A stretch of DNA of 64,000 bases, taken from contig NIVC01000568.1 of the NCBI GenBank assembly GCA_002269645.1, positions 436,039-500,038 of the forward strand, read 5' to 3'. Position numbers and translations under genes: made by a program. The DNA comes from Macrostomum lignano (Eukaryota). The notes beneath the pieces were generated by a model, which made no database searches, was not told the DNA's origin, and was given only the letters and a program-made list of their open reading frames with translations. Numbering within the stretch: position 1 is the first letter of the stretch; each line of letters opens with the position of its first letter. Positions 22,513 through 35,411 of this stretch are shown here, in pieces.

Positions 22513-24128
22513 CTATCAAGACTAAGAAATGTCCTTCAAGACTCGGTCGAATGTTGATGGACTGATGCAAAAATAATGCTCTGGAACTTGTAGCAAGCAT
22601 TTGCAGCAAGCAAACTCGTAAAACGGAAGCAGTGTTGCAAAATTGAACACAAAAATTTGTCCCGAGATTCGGCACTCCTGGGATTGCAATCCCTAGACAC
22701 AAGATACAACGTACCAATACCAATACCAACTACCAGGCTACCAGATTACTTAAGACTAAAACTTAAATGAGAGGCGAGAGCTAGCAGGCAGCAGCCTAGC
22801 CCTAGTAGTGGACACTGAGCGAAACCGTGGCAGAAACGGGTGGGTCAGTGTCAGTAGGTGGCCAAACGAAGGGTGGGTGGGTGAATTTGTGGGCGCCGGG
22901 ACAAGTGCTGCTGCTATCGAAAACAAAACTCAGTCCAAGGCGCATCCACCGGTAAGGGTCACCCAGCCCCCCTCTCCAATCTGAAAGGAAAACAAAACCA
23001 AAGAGCGGCAATGCCTGACTTGAGGGTGTGTATGTACAACGATGTACGTTAATTCCAGCCCGGCGGAAAAACTCACACTTCGATCCGGACCGCCTAATTG
23101 GTCAGTTGGAGGTGGGGTGCTCGCTGGGGTGTTGGGGTGAGGGGTGCTTCTCCAGACAGTCCCCCTCAAGTTAGGCCGAAAACCCTGCTTGCTATGGCTT
23201 GAAGCTTGAAATTAGGTTTGGGTTGATAAAGAGGTGGTGGGGGTCTTAAAAGCGCGCCCGTGTTGTATTAAACGTCTCTGCTTGTTATATAGTGAGTCAT
23301 TTTAGTTTCTCGCTGTACATAGCGGCACTGGCCCCTTCCTCCCCCAGCCCTCTGCTAGCATTCAGTCCATTCTCTCTTTTTAATTCAATCTGGGGGGACG
23401 GGCCCTCACCCACCCGACACAAGCGCATAAAAGTAAAGCAGGGGGCACGCCTTCGTTTTACTGTCTTACTCGCTCCGCGTTGCACGTAGAACCAGCGCGG
23501 TCATCCAGAGAGATAGCGCAGCACAAGGTAAGACGAAGAATCAGAAAAGCTTTAACCGGTTAATCAGTAATACTGCAACAAAGACGCTTTCGAAGCCTGG
23601 TTTGTTGCCTGTGTTGCGGGTTATGAGTTATGACAAGCTTATTCAGGACTCGATTGTACTGCCTCCCCCTATTTATCACTTAAATTAATCTCTGGTTTGT
23701 GCGGGAGTACCCGTCTAGAGCATGCCGATCTGATGTTGAAAAACGATCTGCGTTCATGACTAGATTGCTACTCCTTAACAACCTTGGATTGTGCAACGGA
23801 TTGTTCATTTAGCATTACGCAAATTTGATTTGATTCACGACTGTTCCATGATTTATGATCATATTGTGTTCCATGTTGCTCTTTGTGTTGTGTTAATGTT
23901 CATTGTTCATTCCTCATCCTGTTCTTGAAATATTTGAAGGCTATAAAAGTTTATCTAGGATTAGGAAGTTATCCAGTTATTCTGCTAAAAAAAATAGAAT
24001 CGGTCAAAGTGTGAAGCTCCTCTTTTGAAACATTAACCTTATGGTTAAACACAACTTCATAGAAATAGTATGTTTCTTGTGGACTTGTGGTCGCTTTTAA
24101 CTCCGAACTACCCTCATTTTACCCTCCA

Positions 24129-24166
24129 AAATCCGCCCCCCCAACTAATTTCTGGTTGCGCTACTG
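24129..24166 (-). mobile_element. Isolated terminus of the MITE family found at 24923-25252
   Basis: The reverse complement matches CAGTAGCGCAACC.GAAATT.GTT..GGGGGCGGATT. Confidence 0.6.
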
Positions 24167-24922
24167 ACAATTAATAAGAAACCAGAGTATTGAAGTCTAC
24201 GTCCTGCGTCCCACTCTACAGTCGGCCACTCTTGATCAGTTATTTATTCAGCTTTAAATATCAGGTACTCGAAATTGCTAGCACTGCTACTTCGAGTACT
24301 TTGTGATAACTTGGAGCTTGAAATATTTCGACAAAAAAACGAACAAATAAATACAAAAGATATTTCAGTGAACATTAATTCAGCCTTGAAAGCTGTGAAT
24401 TTATCTTGTACTTGTGCTTGGCTCACTGTCACCAAAAAATATTGAAGCGCATACTGCATGTGCATGCAGAACACGCTTGCGCATTATAATAAAAAATAAA
24501 CATCAGAAAAATTCTGGCCACTGTCCAGGAAACGCAGCCCGAGATCTGGAATTGACACCCCCTCCAGACAAAAAAATGCTGGGCAAGATATCGAAGATCT
24601 TCACAGAATTCTCGATTACTTTCAAACAGCGATTAAATCTATCTGGGATCTGGCCAACTTGTTCTCACTGCAAAGGTGGGTAGCTTTTCACAATTCATGA
24701 AATTTTATCATCATTGTAAAGTTGGGATGCAGACTATAACTTTATTCCTTAAATTGAATTTTTAATAGTTTGACTGACTTTTTTAGGAAAGTGCAGCTCC
24801 ATCAAATCATATCGAGTTTCTTTCACACGCGTTCAGATTCGGAATTAGAAACGCGGTATAATCCCAATTCTGGTAGCCCCCAATTCTCAAGAATTCCAGA
24901 ATCGATTTTACAGCACAGTTTT

Positions 24923-25252
24923 CAGTAGCGCAACCTGAAATTTGTTAAGGGGGCGGATTCTGAAGGGTATAAAGACCCGAGGCGGGCGGATTCTGGAGGG
25001 TAAAGACCCGAGGGGGCGGATTCTGGAAGGTAAAGAGATCCGAGGGGGCGGATTCTGATGGGTATAAAGACCCGAGGGGGGCGAATTCTGGAGGGTAGAG
25101 ACCCGAGGGGGCGGATTCTGGAGGGTAAGAGTAAAGATCCGAGGGAGCGAAGGATTTGGCTGTTTTTGGCGAAAATTCGCTTGGTCCCCCATTGATTTTT
25201 TCAGGTCTCAGCTTAAAGGGGGGCGGGGCACCCCCCTCTGGTTGCGCCACTG
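24923..25252. mobile_element. hAT-type MITE, 330 bp, with internal tandem repeat of about 30 bp
   Basis: TIRs CAGTAGCGCAACC / GGTTGCGCCACTG. 8-bp TSD ACAGTTTT at 24915-24922 and 25253-25260. Confidence 0.92.
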
Positions 25253-25506
25253 ACAGTTTTCCCAGTTCATCAAACTTTAATCGATTGGGAAGAAGTCATT
25301 CAGCTTAAAACAAGCCAAATTTATACAAACCTAACGTTTGTCCAGTCAGGTTAGTCTGCTTCGGCCAAATTGTTTGGAAAGAGTGTCATTTCCATGTTCA
25401 AGAACTGTCTTAGAAATGATTCAATTCGAAGATAAAAAATGAACACTGTGCCCAGGCCGGTAAAAATAATTTTCTGTTATTGTTAACAAAGTAACATTTT
25501 CCAGTT

Positions 25507-28059
25507 CTAAGAAGCGTCGACTCGATTTCGGCACCACTTTGTCCACAACTTTTTTACTTGTTGTTGACTCGCTTCTCTGTCGGATTCAGGGCTGGAGCTT
25601 TGGCTGCTGCTGATGTAGTCCAACTCAAATTCATCAGGCGTAGCTGATCTGAACGTTTTGTTGTCTCGACTGTCCACCATCTCGGTGGTATTGTGATTGG
25701 TAGGAATTGTGTAAGCGGCAGGAAAATTTGACCTACCTGCAGATGTAGACGGTGCAGTCCGTTCGCGTGGCAGCTCTGCGCAACTTCCTGTGTCTACGTG
25801 TACCTCAATAGGAGAAGCAGAGCTGCTTTCATCCGTCTGTTTATCTTCATCGCAGTCGGAAACTAAAATACTTCCAACTTCCATAGTTGCGCCGTTTAAG
25901 TTGTGAATGTAACTATTATTTAACACGGTGGTTGGGTCTGTAAAAAGTAGTTCCCTTCTGTCTTTTGGATTGTCACAAGTCGTATGATTCGCAACGGCAG
26001 CTGCTGGTTGACTAATTTGTCGATAGCTATTATTAAAGGCATCAAATTCAGCGGAAACTCCAAACTTAATGAGGTCTGCATCATCAAGTTCGTTGTCAAC
26101 CGGCGCAGTTTGTGAGTCGATGACGAATGAAAAGCCTGCGTCATTATTATTACTGGCGGAACTGCGGGACGAAAGCTTTTCCTCTCTAGAACCTAGCACT
26201 TCAAATATGACGCGTCCACTGTCTTCGGTAGTTACATGTACCTCTTCTGGTTGGGCAGTTTTGTTTGCTGCAGAAAAGTCGATCAGGTCTTGCTTCTTCG
26301 CATGGGCAGTTTCGTTTGCTGCAGAAAAGTTGACCCGGTCTTGCTTCTCCTCATGGGCAGCTTTGTTTGCAGCAGAAAAGTTGATCAGCTGGTCTTGCTT
26401 CTCCTCATGGGCAGTTTTGTTTGCAGCAGAAAAGTTGATCAGCTGGTCTTGCCTCTCCTCATGGGCAGTTTTGTTTGCAGCAGAAAAGTTGATCAGCTGG
26501 TCTTGCCTCTCCTCATGGGCAGTTTTGTTTGCAGCAGTAAAGTTGATCAGCTGGTCTTGCTTCTCCTCATGGGCAGTTTTGTTTGCAGCAGAAAAGTTGA
26601 TCAGCTGGTCTTGCCTCTCCTCACGGGCAGTTTTGTTTGCAGCAGAAAAGTTGATCAGCTGGTCTTGCCTCTCCTCATGGGCAGTTTTGTTTGCAGCAGT
26701 AAAGTTGATCAGCTGGTCTTGCCTCTCCTCATGGGCAGTTTTGTTTGCTGCAGAAAAGTCGATCAGATCTTGCTTCTCCTCATGGGCAGTTTTGTTTGCG
26801 GCAGAAAAGTCGATCAGGTCTTGCCTCTCCTCATGGGCAGTTTTGTTTGCAGCAGTAAAGTTGATCAGCTGGTCTTGCTTCTCCTCATGGGCAGTTTTGT
26901 TTGCGGCAGAAAAGTCGATCAGGTCTTGCCTCTCCTCATGGACAGTTTTGTTTGCAGCAGTAAAGTTGATCAGCTGGTCTTGCTTCTCCTCATGGGCAGT
27001 TTTGTTTGCGGCAGAAAAGTCGATCAGGTCTTGCCTCTCCTCATGTGCAGTTTTGTTTGCTGTAGAGAAGTCGATCAGGTCTTGCCTCTCCTCCATTTCG
27101 TACACATAGCTGTCGCTGTCATCGTCATCATGATCTAGTGATCCTCCTGATACATGGAATTCGTGTATTTTCGCGGCACTGCTGCTACTAGACTCCTCAG
27201 CGATTTTACTGAGTATGAACTCGCGTCCATCTTCATCTCCCTGCCTTGTCACTTCAAGTGCTTGTACACGAGGAAAGAGACAATCAGCTGTGCAAACACG
27301 GCCAGGGCCTTCTATAGTGGGCGTAAAGCTGAACGTATGGTTAATAGGCATATCTATGGATATTTCGCTCTGCATTGCGACATCAAAGGCGATCACGAAG
27401 CACTTTCCAATATCCTCGACCTCGTCGGAATAAACCATCACGTCAGATTCCAAGGCTGGATGAATATTGTTGTCCATTTCAGTTACCTTGCAGCTGTGAA
27501 GTGAGGCTTCGGAGTTGCTGTAAGAGTCTTCCGATTCGACTGCGTCAGTAGACAGTACATGAAACGATTCTGTTGTTTCTCTTCTAATTCGCTTTGGAAT
27601 TCCTGAGCTGGAGTTGCGCAACCGAGACCGCGCAGACCGCGTTGTTGCTGTCGACGAGCCATCTTCCGTTTCTGGTGTCTCCCAGTCGCCGCTCGCTTGT
27701 TCCGTCAACTCCGGTCGTTGAAAATCAATTTGTTCAACGCCGCCATGCGGCTGCCTGAACAGATCTCGAATTCTCCCGGCAGGATGTTGCCGCTGATACA
27801 CGCTGACTGGCGCAGGCTTAGCGACGAATTTATTGGCGGTGTTAAACTGACTGTCAGCTTGATCTTCGCTATCTGTCTCTTCAGTCGAGCAGCTACCGTC
27901 GATTAGTACAGGTGACCATTCACAGGTGCTCTCATAGCATTCTGTCGTAGTTTCCATTACAACTCTAGCGGCTCTAACTGAGCTGGCTTGAGAGGCTGTA
28001 GTAGAATTTTCGCTAAAGTCGCGCGAGTGCGAAATTTTTGATGCTGTAATTTGCCGCAT
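25507..28059 (-). CDS. 850-aa acidic low-complexity protein with 16 tandem 17/18-aa repeats (EERQD[Q]LI[D/N]F[S/T]AANKTAH)
   Basis: Uninterrupted 2.55-kb ORF with ATG. The non-repeat parts are also open. No recognisable folded domain or signal peptide. Confidence 0.8.
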   Translation of the reverse strand: MRQITASKISHSRDFSENSTTASQASSVRAARVVMETTTECYESTCEWSPVLIDGSCSTEETDSEDQADSQFNTANKFVAKPAPVSVYQRQHPAGRIRDLFRQPHGGVEQIDFQRPELTEQASGDWETPETEDGSSTATTRSARSRLRNSSSGIPKRIRRETTESFHVLSTDAVESEDSYSNSEASLHSCKVTEMDNNIHPALESDVMVYSDEVEDIGKCFVIAFDVAMQSEISIDMPINHTFSFTPTIEGPGRVCTADCLFPRVQALEVTRQGDEDGREFILSKIAEESSSSSAAKIHEFHVSGGSLDHDDDDSDSYVYEMEERQDLIDFSTANKTAHEERQDLIDFSAANKTAHEEKQDQLINFTAANKTVHEERQDLIDFSAANKTAHEEKQDQLINFTAANKTAHEERQDLIDFSAANKTAHEEKQDLIDFSAANKTAHEERQDQLINFTAANKTAHEERQDQLINFSAANKTAREERQDQLINFSAANKTAHEEKQDQLINFTAANKTAHEERQDQLINFSAANKTAHEERQDQLINFSAANKTAHEEKQDQLINFSAANKAAHEEKQDRVNFSAANETAHAKKQDLIDFSAANKTAQPEEVHVTTEDSGRVIFEVLGSREEKLSSRSSASNNNDAGFSFVIDSQTAPVDNELDDADLIKFGVSAEFDAFNNSYRQISQPAAAVANHTTCDNPKDRRELLFTDPTTVLNNSYIHNLNGATMEVGSILVSDCDEDKQTDESSSASPIEVHVDTGSCAELPRERTAPSTSAGRSNFPAAYTIPTNHNTTEMVDSRDNKTFRSATPDEFELDYISSSQSSSPESDREASQQQVKKLWTKWCRNRVDAS
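26251..27093 (-). repeat. Protein-coding minisatellite (7 x 51 bp + 9 x 54 bp = 843 bp)
   Basis: Units were counted from the translation; all unit lengths are multiples of 3. Confidence 0.95.
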
Positions 28060-30413
28060 ATTCTTTTTTCTTATGAATTAGGAAAATTCGATTCTGGCTT
28101 TTTAAAATTGCTCATGTAAAACGCACGTATTTATTAAAATTAAAATGAGGCTATTCCAATACAATGTATAAATTGTCTGTGGTAGTTTTTATAAATGAAA
28201 CTGCACGTGGCTATCGAGTACTATGTGTGACGATTAACCGGCAGACTCGAAATTAACTGAAGAAAACAAATACAGCAGAGGCAAATTTTGTAGCGGTAGC
28301 ACTTGATGATAGTAGCGAATGATGCGGGCGGTGGCCGCAGTTCTTATTTATTGTAACCGTATGAGTGGATAGTTAGGGCTCGTTATTATCGATTCCGTCT
28401 GGGTAGTTAATAGAGATGGGCCGGAGTATTTGCTGAATCCGTAAGGAATGCACTGGGCGGCTACGCAACAATAAGATCGATAGATGATAGATAATAGAGC
28501 GAGTCGATGAGCCTGAGGCAATGGCGACGATGTGATGGCAGTGATCGTGTGGTGGCGGTACTCGTAGCGAGAACCCCTTTACAGACGGTAGTGGTGGCGT
28601 GATCGAGAATTGGCGGTGGCGGTGGTGTGACTGAGACTTGGCAGAGGCGCGGTTTAGAACTGTGGCGGAGTGAGAAGACGGGTAAACAAGTAAACAATTA
28701 GGGTCTAACCCCCAGCCAGACAGGACTGATAAAGACCGGGCTGGGGGTGGGTGCGCGAGGAGAGCTTAATTTCAGGCTAGCATAATTTATGCGCGGCTTT
28801 TGATCTATTGGCCGGCGAGAAAAACCAGCTTGAAAACAGAAATTATCGATCGCATTGTACATAGGCTTTACAAACGCACGCAATGTTGTTTAAAATTCTT
28901 TGGGCATTACTTTAAGCAGACGTTAAAGTACGAGACCATTAAATTAACAATATAATACGTCGTAGATTAGCACTGCTTTCGCTAAAACGGCCCTTGTCGG
29001 GGCTACCTCAACTGACAACGTCACAACTACATGTAAATCCACAAAATTTTCTTTCTTTGAGAAGTCCGAAGTTATATCCGTTGCAAGTGACAGCACGGGT
29101 TCCCAATTGTGGATCTTATTGTTGTTATACATGCACATGCATGCGCTACATGTACATGTACGTAGGTACACATAACATGTAGATGCACATGTACAGCTAT
29201 ACCTATAGTAATGCTGTGTGACGTTTCCTGAGACCAGAGGGATTCTTTCATTTCTCACTATCTATTCTCACTTGAATTCATGATGAACTGAATATATGCA
29301 GGTTTTTGGTACATGTACATGTATTATGTAACATTAGTGCAAGTACATGTACGAGTGCCTCAGCTGCAATAGTAATCAATATAATGTGCATGTTCCCTTC
29401 TTTCATTATATAAATGCTGATCAACGTGAATAAAGAAATTGAATAAATTATAAGAAAACATTATTTAATGCTTTCATTATACAATACAAACAAGGGGACT
29501 GACTACTCAACTCCCGTATGAGTATTGAGTGGTCCCTAACCTAGGTAAAAATAAAATGTATTAATTTATACCGACAATTTTATACCGACCAGATGCTAAA
29601 CTCGTTTTTCTCGTACTAATCAATTATTATCGCGCATCTACGTACTTCGGCATGTTCTCTGGCATGCTCCATTATGCTTTTGACCGCTTTTGCAGCTTTA
29701 AATACCGCAAAATTAATTTAAAATCGTGCAAATTCATGAAAGTTCAACAAATTCTCGATTGTATAACAAAAAATTATTATCATGCAGCAAACAAAAAATA
29801 TATAGATTAACTCGTATTGGCCAAACAGGCTGTTCAGCTCCTGTGGTTTAGCTTGAGCCACTATTAGTACTACTTACTAATAAGCAATAAAAGTTCTATT
29901 ATTCTGTTCCATAACAACTAAGGACCACGTATCATTGATGCGATGAAAAAAGATTTTTTCTATTTCCGAAGTGTATTTTTTCCAGGAAATCGACCTCCTA
30001 AAAATTTACACGATCTTAGAGTTCGTGTGATTTTATGTACAGTTGGGTCCCTGCCATAACTATGGCACAAAAAATACCCAGACTAAAATAATAATCATAA
30101 AATAAGCGCTACAATAAATGAGCATGACAATTTTTTACGCTGCAGTGCATTTGAAATTTATTTAATTAAAAACTAAGTACATTTGGAAAAAACAAAAAAG
30201 CAGTTTTATTGTTAATTCTTGTACTTCTTTTGTAATTTTTGTTTTTTCTTCTTTACGTGGGTTTACGATAATTTAAATGGCGAGATCGACGCACAAATTT
30301 TCTAATTTTTGCGCATTTTTTTTTCGAAACTTTGTTGGTTAAGGTTCTTTAGTTAAAAAATCATTTAATGCTTAAGGTCTAGAATAAATTGTTTGCTTCA
30401 TCGAAAAAAGTCA

Positions 30414-30455
30414 ATGGCGCAGCCTATTCCCATAAAATTTCAGGAGCATTTTCAA
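30414..30455 (+). CDS. CLTC: Clathrin heavy chain, exon 1 (MAQPIPIKFQEHFQ)
   Basis: Matches the CHC N-terminus MAQxLPIRFQEHLQ. Donor CAA|GTAAGT. Confidence 0.9.
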
Positions 30456-33400
30456 GTAAGTATTTTAAAACATTAAACAACAATTTGTTTTGTTCACTGA
30501 ATCATGCGATTTAATTTGTACCATTTTACTGGGATTTCGTTTGTGCTTTTTACAATGTAGCACTATTCACATTTTAAGAGTTTCTGTATGTAGAATATAA
30601 TCATTTCCTTTGCCTTCGTTCGACTTAGATATTTCTTGTGTGCAAAAAGAATGCTTGCTTATTAGTTATTTTTTACTTTTTAGACAGCTACGGCCTAGTC
30701 AGACACAATACCAATACCGATACTTCAAATTTCCTTAATCATACTATCATAGCCTGCGAAAATTAGTATTAAAAATAATCTTAAAACTGTAGGGCCAAAT
30801 CTAGGACTAGGGAAAGGTATGTAGAAGCTTAATTTATGCCTTTATATTTTTTAAGAGATTGCACTTTGTAAAAACAAAGTATTATAATAAAGTATCAGAA
30901 TTGGTTTCAACCCACTTTGGCAAAATATTTTTTTAGTAAAAGTCAATAAAGACAAAAATACTTTAGTTTCACAGTGACCATTTTGTCTAAAGCTAGTAAT
31001 TATGTCAAAAAATTTGTTAAGATTGATCTAGGCCTCAATGAAGAGTTTTTATTGTTTTAAAAATTCAAAATAAAAAAGGAACTTTATAATAGACTATGAA
31101 GATATTATATAGTTATATCTGCAAGCAAGCAAGATTTTCATTTTAAGTATAATAGATATGTAACAAAATACCCTATTGGAATAAATGTTGAAAACCCGCG
31201 GACTTGCGCTTTAGAAAAGTCAAACTATTTTACCGCACTTTAGGATTAGGCCTATTAGAGATGTTCCAAAAAGAGCTGCAGTTTTGTCAAAATCAAAATT
31301 CGCTAACTTTCCAAAATCAAAACTGAAATTTCCTGAAATCATAACTTAGCAAAACAAAGTTTAGTAGGACCAATACTCACTTTTTCACTTTTAATTTATT
31401 GCAAAATGTAATACATGTATATGTAGTAGAAAGTAGTTTTTTTAGCAACTTTTTAGACACTATCAAAATTTATACTTCTAATTTTTTTCAAAATTGAAAT
31501 TCACTCTTAAAAATTTCAAATTTTGGAAAATTGAAATTGAATTTTCGGAACAACCTTAAGCTTAATAAATTAAAAGTGTATAAGCCCCTTCCACAGAGGT
31601 ATTATACCCATTTCCATGTATATGTATTTGCTAGAGCAGCAGCCAGTAAGAAAGGGCAGCGCATGCGCAGGTGCCATGCCTGTGCGCGCACTGCGCTTTA
31701 GAAAAATTTCAAAAGTGCGCCGGACACCGTCCGCAGTTTTACAACTTTTTTCCTATAGGGACAAAATATATTGTTGCTATAACATAAGTTGTTATAATTG
31801 TAAATTATTGCTAGTTTTTTTCTAGGAGTCATTCCTTTCAAAAGCATGATAAGCCATTTCAATCAGAGGGTAAAAAAGGTTTTAGTTACAAGCAAGGTAA
31901 AACCAAAAATACTAAAATTAAAAGAATAAAATATATAATTGATTTCTTATTTAGTAAGTAATGCAATACATTGTAAATATGAATAGTATAAAAAATGTCA
32001 AATGTCTTCAAGTTTAAGCATTTGCTACTACTCTTTAGTCAGGATGATGTATATTACGCCAGAAATTTCCGGCATACAATTGAAAATTTTACTTTTTGGC
32101 GTACCTTTTGGCGTGATGCTATGGTGTAAATACGCCAAGCAGCGTATGCCAACTCCAACCTTCATGCCAAAGTTAATATTAACAATTGTTGGTATAACGA
32201 CATAACCTCAGAATCTTATTATAAAATCATAAAAACTGTAAAACTTGTAAGATAAAAGTTCATAAATTTGTGATTTATAAAAATTTAAAATTCCATGCAA
32301 ACTAATCGTGTAATTTTCTAAAAAACTTTAACAAAAAATTGATTTTTGTTGGCATTATCTGTAAGCCAATTTACTTTAAATGAAAACCACACATTTGTTA
32401 AATAATTATTTGAAGAAAAAGAAAAGTAGACAAAAATGTGTAACACACAAAAAGGTCATTTATTGTAGCAAAGCCTAGAAAACCTGGCGTAAGTTCCTAG
32501 GACCTTGGCATACGTTTCAGTATAAAGTGGCATAGATTTTTTAGGGGACTTTTTATTCCAGTGTATACCATGATATGATCCTGACTATGGCTACTACTAC
32601 CTTGGCCAAACTAATCCAATTGGCTTAGAGGCAAAATGGTTTATGCCCATGGCCAAAATAATCTATGGGTGAAATGGTCTATGGAAAAATGGTCTAAGGA
32701 CAAAATGTCTACGGTCTAAATTTTTTATGGGCAAAACAAAAAATTACCCTTTTTCTATCGGCAATTTTATTATTTGATTAATAGAATTTTTAGGTGCCAT
32801 TCTATTATGGTGGGATTTCAAAATATAATTTAGGAACTAAAACTGAAAAACCATTCTATCATTCCTAATCTTTTAATTGCACTTTGCTATTAGCTATAGC
32901 TAAGTCATGAGTTTTTAAATTTACTAATTGAAAAGGCAAGTCAAGTCAATGAATAATTCATTAAACCTAAAAAGGCCTATAATCACCAATGTGGTATATT
33001 TGCAATTATAAATAGCTTATCTTTTTACCAAAGTAGTCATTTTCTTTTGCCAAAAATATGTTTTAATAAACTAAAAATTCACTTTTAAGTGTCTTTTGCA
33101 AAAAATTCCTTTGCCTAAATGGGCTGCACTTTCAGAATTAGGATATCAAAGATAATTAAATTTGGGTATCAGACTCTTTGCAGCTATTGGTGATTTTTAA
33201 AAAAAGGGTATTAGATTGGTACTTTTTACCAATACTTTTTTGAACATTGTGCCTAGCACTGTATTTAATAATATACTATAAATAAAAACCAATGCTATAT
33301 TTAGCTCTACAAGTTTTCTAATCATAGAAGAAACTAACAATTTTGGGTCTATACCATATGTCAATGTGGTATGTGTCAAACTTCTAGTTCTATATTTTCA

Positions 33401-35411
33401 CATAGGTACTTATGAATTCTAAAACAATTGAACATATAGTCAAAGCATAAGCTATGCTAATAGTCATTTTTTATTACTAAATTGGCAATTTGCAAATCAA
33501 GGCAATCTAGCAAGTTTCTTTTAAAATTACTTTATAAGTCAAATGGCCTAACCTAAGAAATGCATGCTTCCTTGGTTATTAGACTGATGCAAATTGCAGT
33601 GGAGCTAAAGATACACAAATTCCATTTAGTGCTACAAATTGGCAAGAAAGATGACATGATCAAAGCTTGAGAACAACCATGAGAGTACTATGTCTTATAA
33701 ACCGGCTTTCTAAGCATATGGGTAGACTTTTATCTCAAAGGCCAGATAAAGAATGCAGCTTATGGCTAAAGGGCAGATGAGAGTAGAAAGAAGGAATTGA
33801 CAATTCAAAAAGGAGAGGCAAGAAGGGGATAAAAGAAAAGAAAGAAAATAATAGGAGAGATAAGAAGGTGAGGACAATAAGAGAAAGAAGGGAGAGAGGA
33901 AAAGTGAGATAAGAGAGGAAAGAGTAGAGAGGAGAAAGAAGAGAGTAAATGCATGAAAGAGTAGAGAGCCATATGAGAGAGAAGTAAAGAGAAGAAAGAG
34001 GTGAAAGGGAAGAGAAGAGAGAAGAGAGGAAATAGTAAGAGAAGATAAAAGTTTCAAAGGATCCAAGGGATGTAAGGAAAGTCAAAGGCAAAGGCCAAAG
34101 CTTGTCAATATATGTTTTAGAGTCAGATAGAATTGCTTGAATTCAATCCTTGACATTCAGCACCCCAGCCAATAATATCAAATGTTTGCTTCAAACTCCA
34201 CTTTATATTTACCTATATCCTACTAACTATTAAAAAGTTTTTGATTGAGTATGGCCTCAGACTTCAGAATATATGCAAAATAGTTCCAGGGATTGGAATT
34301 CCCTAGGTTCAAAATCTATCAGTTTCAATAGCTTGTATAAATATAAATAAAAAACAAAGAATAATAGTTATAGACAAAACATTTTTGTAAAATTTGTATA
34401 ATTTATTTCCCCACTTGGTATTGTACAAAATATGCTTTTTTATATATGCTATACACTAATGCTTTTTGTATATACTATTATACACTGTGCTGTCTATGTT
34501 AGACAGTGTAGACTCTGTAGAGCTTGACCACTTTCTGTTACACTGCACTAGGTAATGTGATGCTAGACTTACTTTCTGCATTAGAATTTCCTACAAAAAG
34601 GCCACCTTCCTAACTATGGCTATTACCCCTGTAAGTTATTATCAAGACTAATGATGGCCTAAACTGAGTTTATAGATTTTACTGCATTGTATTTTGGTAA
34701 TTGTGTTATCATTTTGTTAATATTTTGTTTTAGTTCCAGTTACACATTTTGGCACCAATTTGAATTTAATGTGCACATCTACAGTTATGCTAGTTAGGTA
34801 TATGGAATTTCTATTATCTTAGACAAGGCCAAAACAACTAAAATATATGATGTTTCAAAAAGTAAAGTTCTGTGGGACTTCTACCAGTTTCTATGCTTTT
34901 GGAGCCTAACATTTGGAATCCCAGGTCCTCAGCTTGCTTTTCAATGTTTTAATTGATAACAATTAAATTATAAAGTAATCTATTCAGAACTTCTCTACAA
35001 TGACTTTATTATTGTTATTGTTATTATATTATTAGGGCAAGCATTTATTTTATTGAGCTTTATACCCTTATCCTATATATGAAGTCCTAAGTAGCTAAAA
35101 AGTTTAGAATAACTTTTTTTAGCCAAACCTTTTTAACATCAGAGCAAAGAAAAGAGGGACTATTGTATGAAAAGTAACTTAGGATAGCAAATAGCTACTT
35201 TGTATAGTAGATAAGGATGGGTATTATTAGCATAGATTGATGCTGATAAAAATGAGAATAAGTACTTTTATTTTCCTTTGGCTTACTTGGCTGACATTAT
35301 GTGTAAGTTCGATGCTTGATTTGTCCTTGCCTTTCATGTTCTAAGTCGCACAAGTGTTTCTGTTTGATGCCTCAATTGCAAATAATTCGAACTCATTTTT
35401 ATTCAACCCAG

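Noticed and set aside
22800-23520. GC-rich purine/pyrimidine-skewed block, possibly a solo LTR or 5' exon
   Set aside because: I could not define TG...CA ends with a TSD or a convincing ORF.
28225-28720. Possible solo LTR (TGTG...GACA) between the repeat-protein gene and CHC
   Set aside because: The flanks do not form a matching TSD.
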